Assembly (NCBI GenBank): GCA_964016885.1
Contig: OZ024759.1
Coordinates: forward strand, 23,498,001-23,562,000
DNA from: Eledone cirrhosa
Taxonomy: Eukaryota
Length of the DNA: 64,000 nt
Direction of reading: 5' to 3'
Part shown: positions 13,997 through 28,213 of the stretch, in pieces
How positions within the stretch are numbered: the stretch's first letter is position 1
Layout of the letters: each line of letters opens with the position of its first letter
Notes under the pieces: generated by a model
Told to the model about the DNA's origin: nothing
The model's input: the letters and a program-made list of their open reading frames with translations, nothing else
Database searches by the model: none
Position numbers and translations under genes: made by a program

Positions 13997-16900
13997 TTTA
14001 GATACATATACATACATATATTTTAGATATATATATATATGTCAATCAATTTAAAGTTGATATAAAATGCTCGGATCGATTCATTGGAATCTTTGAGCAT
14101 ATTCTACAGTGGACATGACACCCTTAATTTAATTTGAGATATATACATACATATATACATATGTATGTATGGAGGCACATGGCTTAGTGGTTAGAGCATT
14201 GGCCTTGCAATCGAAAGGTTGTGAGTTCAATTCCCAGACCGGGTGATGTGTTGTTTCCTTGAGCAAGACACTTTATTTCACATTGCTCCAGTTTACTCAG
14301 CTGTAGAAATGAGATGATAGGGACTGGGGTCACTATCATTCCACTGCAAAGTGGTCGTGGAGGTGCCACGGCAAAAAAAGCACCCAGTACTCACTGTAAA
14401 TGAGGTTGGTGTTAGGAAGGGCATCCAGCTGTAGAAATCAAGCCAGAATCAATTTCCGTCCCACCCTTGCAAGCAGGGAAAAAGCGACGTAAAATGAAAT
14501 GATGATGATGATGATATATATATATACGTATAAAATTATTTACTGACCCTCAGTTGCATTAAAATCTTTTGTTGAGGCCTTCATCCAAACATTGATGTAG
14601 GATTTCAATCCTCCCCGGCCCACCTTCACATAGATTGTTGTACCAATTGGTAACCGAACCTGGAAAGGAAAATAAATAACATAAAATATCAGTCAGTGTT
14701 CTTGATTAAAATAACTAATATGTATAGAGTCTGGTATATGTTTGATCTATATAAGGTAAGCTGGCATCTACATTTAACCCTTTAACATTTAAACTGGCCA
14801 TATCCGGTTAGAATTCTTTCACCTCTATTCAAACTGGCCGCAAACGGCCGCTCATGCTGATGTTAAGGTTTTGTTATCAAAATAAATAATATCAAAATCT
14901 CATAGCATTGATATTATATGAAATAATTGTTTCTACTTTAGGCACAAGGCCAGCAATTACCCAGTGCATTACTGGTACTTTATTTTATCAACCCCTTCAT
15001 ATATATATATATATTAGAATAACAGATTAAAGTTTAAGCAAAGAATCACTGAGAAGATCCCGTTAAGGGTGAAAGCAGCGATTCTTTGCTTAAACTTTAA
15101 TCTGTTATTCTAATAAATATTTGCTCTATGGTTTTTATATATTTGATATATATTTATCTTTATCGAGCCCTCTTTGGATCTTTGTCTTCACATTTATTAT
15201 TATTACTATATATATATATATATATGAAAACAGGGAGAAAGAGATGATTATTAGGCACTCGACAGAATGTGTGACCATATGTAAGCAAGATGCAAATTCC
15301 TCAGCCTGCCTGGGAGGTCAGTAACAGGAATGGGGCGATCAAACGCTGCTATGGCCAGATGGGGCTACAAGACCGGCCCAACCATCTGCGAATGCGGAGA
15401 GGAGGACCATACAGTGCAGCACTACCTTGGTTGCCCTCTACTACCCAACCAGTGCAGCTTAAAAGATCTCACAGAATTTAATAATAATGCAAAGGACTGT
15501 GTAAAGAAATGGGAAACTGTCATACAACCACATGCTTCGAAGATACGAAAAGAAGAAGAAGTACTGACTTGGTCTATGTAGACCCATTCAGCCTTTGTTA
15601 GCAGTGAAAGCAGACATTAAATGAAGATGATGATGAAGATGATGATGATGATGATATGTATCTAAAACATTTTAAAATGATTTGAAAACCACAGGCAGTG
15701 TCCTTCATTAGAGATCTGATAATGAAATGGTTACTGTTGTTAATGTGCTTATTTCTTGCTTTCTTTTTCTTTACATACCTCATACATCTGACCACTGGCC
15801 GACTGTATAATCCTGGTCCTTGGATTAAGTTTCCCACTCTGGTATATTTTAAGTGTTAGTGGTACTTTGGTTTGATTCACAGTAGCACATTTGTCAATCA
15901 CAATCACGCTCAGGCCTGATTGTATGGCTACTCCACAGTTACAGCTAGCACGGTTGTTGCATTTACGATAAAGTGTATGTACCTGTTAAACAGAATGTAT
16001 AATGTAAATTAAGTCATTTAATAGGAAATAAAATATAGAAGACTAAAATAACAGATAGTATATTCACTGTCACAAATATTTCAAACCTTTTGATACCATA
16101 ATAGTTATGGTATGGTATAATATAATACCATAATATTTATGGTATGGTATAATATAATACCATAATAGTTATGGTATGGTAGAGTATAATACCATAATAG
16201 TTATGGTATGGTATAATATAATACCATAATAGTTATGGTATGGTAGAGTATAATACCATAATAGTTATGGTATGGTATAATATAATACCATAATAGTTAT
16301 GGTATGGTAGAGTATAATACCATAATAGTTATGGTATGGTAGAGTATAATACCATAATAGTTATGGTATGGTATAGTATAATACCATAATAGTTATGATA
16401 TGGTAGAGTATAATACCATAATAGTTATGGTATGGTAGAGTATAATACCATAATAGTTATGATATGGTAGAGTATAATACCATAATTAGTTATGGTATGG
16501 TATAATATAATACCATAATAGTTATGGTATGGTAGAGTATAATACCATAATAGTTATGGTATGGTAGAGTATAATACCATAATAGTTATGATATGGTAGA
16601 GTATAATACCATAATAGTTATGGTATGGTAGAGTATAATACCATAATAGTTATGATATGGTAGAGTATAATACCATAATTAGTTATGGCATGATATAGTG
16701 TATTACCAACCCCAAATTGTTAGCCTTATGCCTACATCAGAAACAATTAATTAATGTGACTCTTTTGATATCAAACCAGTTAAAACTGCCTCCGGTTTTA
16801 TGATACAAACTGTTTGTTTTGAAGTATCTATTTTTATCTACAAAGCTTCCATCAAAATTTTATGTAAAAACCTTTGTTAAGTTATGTTCCAAAGATCAAC

Positions 16901-19900
16901 TTAATAATCTAAAAGTTATTTTACTAAATTCCACACAATTCTTGATTAATTTCAAAATAATTTGAAAATACTAGGCAGTATTTTTAAAAATTAGAATTCA
17001 TCACCATTCTTCAACATTTTGAACACTAATTAGAGTTTGTATTACATAATTAATGTCAGATATTGTCATCAATAATTAGCATATGTGAAATTGTTCTTAC
17101 CTCATATGGTAATGTTTTGTGTCGATAAAGTACAAATTCACCTTCAAAAAAATTGTCGTATTTCCTATAAGTAAATAAATAAATTTTAAATGATAACAAA
17201 CATTGCTTTTCATCATGGAAGAGTTATTTTAGCCGTAGAAAAAATGCATAGAAACTTTTAAATTCATTTTTTATTTATCAATTATTTCTTAGAAATAAGT
17301 TAAAATTTTTGGAAGTTTGCCACTGCATGTGAGATTATAAGTGTCAAGGTAATAGGAATTAGAGAAAATAGACCCTACCCACAGCTTCCCTTGATAATGG
17401 ATTGTAAATCCGAAAGTATTTGAGATTAATAAAATTGGTAAGGTAAAATTCAACCGTTCAAATTCATTTTCTCCGTCCTTTTATCATATTTTCTCTAATT
17501 CCTATTACCCTGACACTTATAATCACACACATTGTCAGACTTCAAAATATTTAACCCTTTAGCATTTGAATTACTCTATATATACTATTAAATGTTCATG
17601 GTAAAGGCTGTACTTCACATAATTATCTCATATAATATTGATTCTATGAGATTTTGATATTATTTATTTTGAAAACAATACCTTAACATCAGTATGAGTG
17701 GCTAGTTACAGCCACTTTGAACAAAAAAGTTAAGAGAACTTTGGCTGGATACAGCCGGTTTAAATGCTAAAAGGTTAAACTTATTTCCTAGTTCAATTTG
17801 TATTTCTTATTCCACAATGGTTCAAGCAAACTACCACAATGTATTGCTTGGTTTAACCCTTTAGCATTCACATTATTTTATATATACTATTATATTTTCA
17901 TGGTGAAGGCTTTACCTCACATAATATCGATTCTATGAGATTTTGAAGGTATTTATTTTGAGAACAATACCTTAACATCAGTTTGAGCGACCAGTTACAG
18001 CAGAAAGAGGTAGAGAATTCTGGCCGGTTTTGGCCGGTTTGAACACTAAAGGGTTAAAACACTACACCTGATGTCCCCCCTCCATACACACGCACACATG
18101 TATTTCATGACTCGTGCACTTTTCATTTTCCTGACATTTGTACATTATTCTATGTACTATACATGCACCTTTGATGAGTTGTAGTGCACCTGAGCACTGT
18201 ACACAATAATTTCATTATTATTATTATTTAAGACGGTGGAGGGTCAGATGGTCAGATGCCATGCTTTGACGCATAGAGTTACGGCCCTTGCCATTCTGAG
18301 GTTAACTATGCCTTTCATCCTTATGGGGTTGATAAAATAAAGTACCAGTAATGCACTGGGTAATTGCTGGCCTTGTGCCAAAAGTAGAAACAGTTATTAT
18401 TTAAGACTAGCCCATGTGTGTGCACAGGGCCAGATTTAATGATAGAGGGGGAGGGGGCAAATGGGACAATTGCCCTGGGGCCCCTGCAGCGGTGAGAGGG
18501 CCTCACCAACAATGGGCATAACAATTTATTTGTGCTCTCTGCTGAGCTTTTTAGTTTTAGGATGATTAGAATTTTTGAATTTAATACCTGTAAATATAAC
18601 TTTTCAATTCCATTTACTTGCGCCAAGCTAATTTGATATGTAAAATTGGGGTGTTTGCTGTGTATTCTAAATGTTTGTATATGAGCACCTCCCGGCCCAA
18701 ACCTGAAGTGCTCCAGGCCCTCAAGGTCTAAATCCAACCTTGTGTATGTATTTCCCTATCCATGACTATGTTTTCATTTGTGTCTCTCTCTGTGTTTATC
18801 CTCTGTGACATATTTCTTGTTTTTTTTTATATTCTGTAACTTAGTAGTTCAACAAAAAAAATGAGGTTGATAAAATAAGCACCAAACTTGAAAACAATAT
18901 GTACTGGGAATCAATATGACTGACTAAATCTCTTCAAGGTGGAACCCCAGCATGGCCATATATCTCTTCCTCTTTTACCCAAGCCCAAAGGCTCATCACA
19001 CCAGTCCTTGTCCTGGTTTCTTTGGCCTTAAGTGACTGACTTCTCCCTGGATAAGACTCCAGTCTTGTGTGGGGTTAACCCTGAGTTACCAATGGTACTC
19101 ATTTTCAGCTGAGTGTACTGGAGCAACATGAAATGAAGGGTTTTGCTCAAAACCTCAATGTACCACTGCATCAAGGAACCAAACCCATGACATTAAGATT
19201 GCAAATCCATCACTGTAACCACTAGGCCACACTCCTACACAGTAAAGGAAACCAGTAAAAAGAATAAAAAAATAAGAACGAAATCTTGAGGAGACCCTTC
19301 GGCTGTGTTAAAGACACAACAACCTCTCTAGTGTTGGTGATCTACACAATAAACACACCCAATACACTCTGTTAAGTAGTTGGTGATAGAAAGGGCATCC
19401 AGCCATAGAAAGCTTGCTAAACAAGGGTTGGGAGGATCCTTTATTTATGTTAAAGACACAACCTCTCTAATGCTGGTGATCTACACAATAAAAGCACCCA
19501 GTACACTCTGTAAAGTGGTTGATGTTAGGAAGGGCATCCAGCTGTAGAAAGCTTGCAAAACAATGGGTTGGGAGGATTCTTCAGTTTGTGTCAAAAGATA
19601 CAACTTCTCCTTTGCACTTGATAATGACCATACGTAAGCTGGATACAGACCTTCTCAAACAGTTTGTGCCCCCACTTCTGTAATGACTTGGTCTGTGTAG
19701 ACCCATTCAGCCTTTGCTAGCAGTGAAAGCAGAAATTAAATGAAGATGATGACAATGAAATCTACCTGTTCTAAGTAAAAATGAAACACTTACCAGCCAT
19801 CAAATGTTTTTAAATGTGGATCATTAAGAGAATTACACAAAGCTGTTCTGTCTCTGTCAATTACCGTTGTCTGAAAATACAATTAAACCCACAATAAGAA

Positions 19901-22900
19901 TAATGATCTAGTTTTAGAAATATTGAGTAGATATATAATTGCGAGACTGTACATAAGAGACACAACAGATCTCTGGTTTGTCTGGGAGATCTGTAGCTAC
20001 CGCTTCATTACTGACTTTGTCTATGTAGACCTGTCCAAACCCAGCTCGCAATTAAGGAACTAACAATCATTAATAAAGCTTAAGCGAAAATCAAAAATGT
20101 GTTTAAAATATTCTAGATAGAATCTAACATTTTCTAAACTATGCTACCCCCTCTGTTTTGTTTCATAAGTTTCATTATGTGATTATTTGATGAGACTATT
20201 GTTTTCTAGTTGTAAATGTTATATCTTTATATAAAATGTTATATCTTTATATAAAATGTTATATCTTTATATAAAATGTTATACCTTTATATAAAATGTT
20301 ATTCCTTTATATAAAATGTTATATCTTTATATAAAATGTTATATCTTTATATAAAATGTTATACCTTTATATAAAATGTTCTTCCTTTATATAAAATATT
20401 ATACCTTTATATAAAATGTTATATCTTTATATAAAATGTGATTCCTTTATATAATGTTATACCTTTATATAAAATGTTATACCTTTATATAAAATTTTAT
20501 TCCGTTATATAAAATGTTATACCTTTATATAAAATGTTATTCCTTTATATAAAATGTTATACCTTTATATAAAATGTTATACCTTTATATAAAATGTTAT
20601 ACCTTTATATAAAATGTTATTCCTTTATATAAAATGTTATACCTTTATATAATATGTTATACCTTTATATAAAATGTCATACTTTTATATACAAAACATA
20701 AGTTCTAATTACTGTTAATAGACGAACAAATCTTACCTTAATTGGGTATAATTTATTAAATGAATACACTTGCTGGTTGACTGTGATTTCAGGTGAAAGA
20801 TGTATTATTACAGATTGATTTCCATCATATAAACCATCAATAGTGGCTCTCACATCAATATCTGACCAATCAGAATGAACATTGAAATAACATCCCTTCA
20901 AAGATCTCTGCTTTGGTTCAACAACCACTTGGTAGATATTGCTATTGTCTCGACATTTTAACTTTTTCACTGTCTCAAACAAAACCTTGACATTTAATGT
21001 ACATGAGGTAAAGTCAACTCCATATTTTTCACAAAAGTATTTTGGTGGGATAATGCTTCTCACTTGAATTTGGCTGCTTGAGGTCCTCTCTTCAATCACC
21101 AGTTCCTTCTGCTTTGCCTAGAATTGACAACAAATATAAACTGAATTAGCAATTTTTATCAATAAATCATATGTGCAAGTGCTACATATTAAATGCACTC
21201 AGTACCTTCTGTAAAGTAGTGCCAGTATCATGACAAAATGCACAAAGTACATTCTGTAAAGTGGTAGTGTTTGTGTCATGGTAAAATACACCTAGTATAC
21301 ACTGTAAAGTGTTAGTGTCAGTACCATAACAAATTGCACCAAGAACATTCTGTAAAGTGGTACTGTTAATGTCCTGATAAAACACACCTAGAACATTCTG
21401 TAAAGAGCAATGTAGGTACCATGACAAAATGGTAGTGTTGGTGTCATGATAAAATGCACCCAGTACAGTTTGCAAACCAGTAGTGTTGGTGCCATGATAA
21501 AATTCACACAATACAGTTTGCAAACGAATAGTGTTGGTGCCATGATAAAATGCACCCAGTACAGTTTACAAATGAATAGTGTTGGTTCCATGATAAAATG
21601 TACTTAGTACAAAGTGAAGCCTTTAAAAAATACATACCTCAATCTCTGCAGAAATAACATTGCTCTGTCTTGGCGGACTTAAAGTAGTAGAACAGTTTCT
21701 GCTGTAGCATGCAGTCATAGCACAAGAAAACTGAAATTAGAAAACACATCCATTAGCTAAATAAACTGTGTCTGTCTAGAACAGGTTCTCAAACTTTTTG
21801 GGCCAATTACATATTACATATGTTTCACTGCCGATTAGCTCAAGGAATGATCGATTAATGTTTGATCCTGACTCTGGAATCGGGAGCTCCTCAGATGTGT
21901 GTTCACATATAGACTTATGACCTGTCTTGTGAAACATGTGTAATATGTAATTAGATATGTATATGATGCAATACTGATTCTTTGTTCCCTTTTAATATTA
22001 TAAATATATATATATCCACACTAGCATGGGTTAGACGGGTTGTCCTATTGTGGGCAATGCCAGGTTGAGTGACCATGTCTTGCTCATATGGGAACTTATT
22101 TTTGGCTTGATTTCTACAGCTGGATGCCCTTTCTAACACCAACCTCATTTACAGTGAGTGCTGGGTGCTTTATATATATATGTGTGTGTGTGTGTGTCTT
22201 CAACCTATTTGTATTTCTTGTTGTTGTGGTATAAGTATGGCCACTGCTTTTAGCTACTTTTCTTGGTGCCACATTTTATTAACTTTTGTGTTTACTCTGG
22301 ACGATAATGTTTGAACTTCTCATTTCATTGAGTACTTTGTGACTGCCTCAAACAATTCGATTAGTACCTCCTATATTTCAGCTACAACTTCAATTCATAC
22401 CGAATATCATATATCCAAAATTAAATTAAGAGTTGTCATGTCTGAGAGACATGCGCCATACCCACTGCAGAATAAGCTCAAGGAATAGATCCGAGCATTT
22501 CATATCAACTAGAAATAGATTGACATATATATATATATATATAAAATAAACATATGGAACAATCACAGGGGATAATTTGTAAAGTATGTAAGCACACATT
22601 GTTCCGAATATTATATATATATTTAATATAGAAATGGCTTCTACAGGACTAGAACTGTTTCATTCGGGAGAAATCATCCATCAGGAAGCTTAGTTACTGT
22701 GGTTACCCTCAATTAAACCTGGGATAAACTTATATATATATATATATATATATGGTGAGGGTGGTAATGGTGTTGGTGGTGCTAGTTGTTGTTAGTGGTG
22801 GTTGTGTTGTTGTTAATGGTGTTGATTGTTATTGTGGTGGTAGTGATTGTTGTGGTGTTGTTAGTGGTGGTGATGATGATGGTAGCAGGGTTGTTGTTGT

Positions 22901-25900
22901 TAGTATTGAAACCAATCAAAAGTCAGGATTGTAGTTTATTATGTTTTTCACCTTTGACATATATGTGATATTGCTCATCATATCAATTTGCAGCTCTGCA
23001 GATATTCGACCAAGCTGTGTGGGTTGCGTCTTCACATTCATTTCATCATTGTACCAATTGATAAAAACACTAATGTTTGGAGTCCTTGGGTACACAAAAG
23101 TGCAGATAAATTTGAAATTATCTGCCTCATCAACTTCTGTTTTAATTGTTGGACGTTCCATGATATATGGGTAATCTATAAATTTGATTTGAATAAAAAT
23201 GAAAATAAAATTATGACATCATCATTATCCTCATCATCATCATAATTTTTTTTATGTCTGCCTTTCCAAGCTTGCATGTGTTGGAGAGGTCCTTCTCAGC
23301 ATGGCTTTCCTTCATTCGTTGCATTCCTTCATCATTTCCTCTGTGAGTCTCAGTGATTTGAGGTCACCTCTCACTGCCTCTGCCCAGGTTTTTCTTGTTT
23401 CTTGATCTATCTCTGCTGTGACTTTCTTCCACTGGGATTTCTTTGCACTTTTTCCCTCAGCTTGTCCAATCTCTGCCTTTCTCTCATACTTACATTGCAC
23501 ATCCAGTATTAATATTATCAAATGAGAGTTAATTGAAATACTGTATATACTCAAATATAAGCCAAGGAATATGTGAGCAAAAGATCAACAGTAAAAATGG
23601 AAGAAATTGGCTTACATACACCATCTAAACACAGTGTGTTGATTAGCTTAGCAGTCATGGCTTATAAACAGGGTAAAATGGGACGAGTTGGCTTATATAT
23701 ACCATCTAAACCGGGGATGGGCAACATTTTTCGAGAAGCGGGCCGCATGAGCTCATCATCAGGCGGGCCACAAGCGCTAATTTACATTTGTGCCCACATT
23801 AAAAAAAAGGGCGGTAACTCGGGTTGTTTTGATTTGTTTCTTCAGAATTCGTACACGTTTTCCTCCATCATAAAAATGATAGGAAGATAAATTATGACTG
23901 AAAAGTTGGGGTAAAAAAATCAGAAAGATTTCACTTAGGTGACTTAGGCGAGCAATTTGGAAAGCTTTGCGGACTGGCTGTATTATATTCTGACAATAAT
24001 TTGACCATTTTATAGAGTGGACTGGGTGTACATTATCATGGCACTAGCACTACCATAAGATAGACAAAAAGACAGGATGTTCAGGGCTCTGCTCAATCAG
24101 TGCAAACATGAGGTTAAACAACAACAATAATAAATGTTACCTTTGAATTCAGACCATTCATATGCATTTTCATAAGGGTTGCATACCAATGAATCATTTT
24201 TCTGATTTAGGGTGGTGAAATTGTAACAGCGATCTTCAATAAAGCAATAGTCAGGCTGAAAAAAAAAAAAACACATTTTAGGCAGTTTCTCAATGGCTTT
24301 GTGCCCTTCCTGATACCAAACTATACTTTACTGTCAAGTAGGGCATATGACAGGGTTTCTGATTTAGGCATAAGACAAACAATTTTTGGAGATGGGAAAG
24401 TCAATTAAATCAACCCCAGTGCATTACTGGTACTTTATTTTATCGATCCCGTAAGGATGAAAAGCAAAGTTAACTTCGGCGGGATTTGAACTCAGATTGC
24501 AATGGGACGTAACTCTATACTGGAAAGCATATAAACATATATGTATATATATATATATCAATGATATCAAATAAATGGAAACTATATTTATAAAACCATA
24601 TTTATTCTATTATATATATTTCAAGGTACCAAAACTTTGGTACGCACTCATCAGATAAAATACAAAGTTTGTTTTATAAATATTGACATATCCAGGAAGA
24701 AAATCTTAATGGTTCAGGTTTTTCCTGGAAATTAAATATCCCTTTTGCTTATATATATATATATACAAATATATCATCATTATTATAGCCTATGGACGCC
24801 ATGCTTTCCAGCATAGTTACGTCCCTTTACGATCTGAGTTCAAATCCCGCCGAGGTTGACTTTGCCTTTCATCCTTACGGGGTCGATAAAATAAAGTACC
24901 AGTAATGCACTGGGTAATTGCTGGCCTTGTGCCTAAAGTAGAAACAATTATTATAGCCTATTGGTGTCTTCTTTATGAAACGCAGTATAATAGAAGAAGT
25001 ATTTGAATACTCACAAGTGCAACACATTTTCCAGCAGTTTCACATACCAAGCATGTTGGATCATATACTTGAAAGATGTAATCTGGGTAATCTCTTTTGA
25101 TGCTACCAACAATGCGAAATATATAACTGTATGGTGCTCTTGTAAGTGGACACCTAATATGGTTGAAGTCACGGTAGGTAGCAGGGAATGTCTCTATAAC
25201 ATTTAGGGATGCATAACCGTTCTTAATTGTCTATAGAGAAAGAAAAGAGAATAGAACATTGTTTTATAATTATAAAGTGTATTTCAACCAACAGTTGCTG
25301 ACATAACAAAGAGTAATTCATAAAAACAAGATATTCTGATTTTTCTTTATTTGATAAAGAGTTTTTCTTCATTTGATAAAGAGTTTCTAGCCCCAAAATA
25401 TAATGAAATATATGGTAAAAACTATTATGTTTTGTCATACTTACTTTACTCTAGTTCCATCATTATATCACCTCTTCACATTGTACCGCCTTTCCAAATA
25501 TAAAATATATTCTTAATTTATCTATTTATTTATTTGATTTAAATGTCTGTGAAGAGCTAATGTGAAGGCACGTGGCTTTGTAGATAGAGCATTAGATTCA
25601 AAATCATGAGGTTGCGAGTTTGAATCCTGAATCAAGCAATGCATTGTAACTTTATTTCACATTACTTCAGTTCACTCAGCTGTAGAAATGAGTTGCAACA
25701 TCACTGGTGCTGCTAAGCTGTATCAGATTTTGCTTTTGCCTTGAACCACATCGATGGTGTGGAAAGGGGAGACTGGAATGTATGATGGGTTGCTGGTCTT
25801 CCTAAAAAACACCTTGCCAGGAAGGGAAACTTTCTAGGTATGAATCCCATGGTCATTCATGATTGAAGGGGGGCTTTACTCTTTACCCTAACAGACACAC

Positions 25901-27646
25901 TATCTCTCTTAGAAAAATAGAAAAAATCAAAAGTGCTATAATGCATCTAAAAGTTTCTGCTATTGAATTTTTCACAGCCTTGTGAAGAGAAATGGAATGA
26001 AGTAATTCTAGGATACAGAACTGTCTATTTTGAATTGTTTATATTTATCTCAAAACCTTCCATCGTAATGATACCTTTTGTTAAGTTAAGCTGTAGCTCA
26101 TGCAGTGATCATCAGTTTAATTAGATGACCTTGGTGTCATCATGAACACCTGTGGCTTCACAGAGAAATATATGAGTATGCAAGTGTGGTGAGCTACATA
26201 TATTTTACCCATTAGAAAAAGACAAATGGTTCGCTTTTAATGGAGGGATGAGTCAAGAAGAAGAAAGAGGAGATGGAGAAAAAGAAAAAAAAGAAAAAGA
26301 AAAAAAGGGAAGAAAAAGAAAGAAAAATAAAGAGAAGAAAAAGAAAAAGAAGAAAAAGAAGAAAAAGAAGAAAAAGAAGAAAAAGAAGAAAAAGAAGAAA
26401 AGGAAGAAAAGGAAGAAAAAGAAGTAATTTGTCACATTACCTGAATTTGTTCTAGTTCACAGACAGTAGCATTTTCATAAAAAAATTCTCCAAATATATC
26501 AATGACATCACATGTAGAAATTAGGTTGTTACATAAACCATCAAAAGAATATTCTTTGATATCAAACAGTTCTGAACTATCTATAGAGCAATCTGATCCG
26601 TGATATGGAGCTTCACATTCACATATTCCATCTGAAAAAACAGGCAAATATATCAACTAAAAAATTTAATTTTGCATCAAAAGGTTGGCAGTATTGGTAG
26701 AGGGTCAGACGCCATGCTTTGCAACATAGAGTTATGTCCCTTTACGTTCTGAGTTCAAATACGCCAAGGTTAACTTTGCCTTTCATCCTTATGGAGTCGA
26801 TAAAATAAAGCACCAGTAATGCACTGAGGTAATTGCTGGCCTTGTGCCAAAAGTAGAAACAATTATTTGTGGATTGGCAGTATCAGTAGAGGGTCAGACG
26901 CCATGCTTTGCAACATAGAGTTATGTCCCTTTACGTTCTGAGTTCAAATACACCGAGGTTAACTTTGCCTTTCATCCTTACGGAGTCGATAAAATAAAGC
27001 ACCAGTAATGCACTGAGGCAATTGCTGGCCTTGTGCCAATAGTAGAAACAATTATTTGTGGATTGGCAGTATCAGTAGAGGGTCAGACGCCATGCTTTGC
27101 AACATAGAGTTACGCCCCTTTATGGTCTGAGTTCAAATCTGCTGAGGTTAACTTTGCCTTTCATCCTTACAGGGTCGATAAAATAAAGCACCAGTAATGC
27201 GCTGGGGATATTGCTGGCTTTGTGCCAAAAGTAGAAACATTTTTATTGTTATTATTGTTTCTTCATTCAGCTTCTAATGCTGGAGATGTATTACAGTGTT
27301 AGCTGTTCACTCTCAGTGAATTGAGGTAACAACCCTTATTTTTTGAGTACCCTCCAGAGTATTCAAGCTATTCCAGCCAATACTGTTTTTTTTTTTTAAA
27401 TGTTCCATCCATATTGCAATACCTATATGTTTAATGTACTTATTGTTACTTTCTTGGAATCTCAGTCATTGGTGTTATTTAACTGCAGCCTCAGATATTC
27501 AGGACGTATCGAAGGGTTCTTGCTGTTCCCAGCAAGCATGCCTTTTGAAGTGTTCCAAAACATACACATACATTCACACATATATACATCCACGCACATA
27601 CGCACAGATCTGTGTGTGTATATATATTATATATATATAAATATAA

Positions 27647-27677
<31 letters not shown>

Positions 27678-28165
27678 ATGATAAATAAATAAATAAATAA
27701 ATATATTACTGGTAATAAGGTAGTAGGAAATTACTGACCTTTCCTGTTTATAGTTGTTTGTACTATATACATAACTATAAATAGTATTATTATTATTATT
27801 ATTATTTGCTAAAAGGTGGATGAATGTGGCGAGAATGGCTCGTGTGAATGGGCCTACTCTGACCATGCGCCTATAGGCTAGCTAACTTGAGGAGAAGGGT
27901 GCTCTCCCTGGGTGCCCTAGAAGCGCAGGGTGGTTCAGGATGGGTGGGGTACCCGAGTCACCCCAGGGTCGTCGTCGTCTCCCCCCCCCCCATTGGGGAA
28001 TTTATTTTGTTATATTTATGCATAGTTTATTTTATATTTTATATCTTCATTGTTAAATTAGTCTTGCCATTGTGCACTTTTACTCGACCTTATTGTACAC
28101 CACCACTGTCCCTCTCTTTGTACTGTCCCCTACATGTCGGCCCTTGTGGCTAATAAATGAAATCA

Positions 28166-28213
<48 letters not shown>

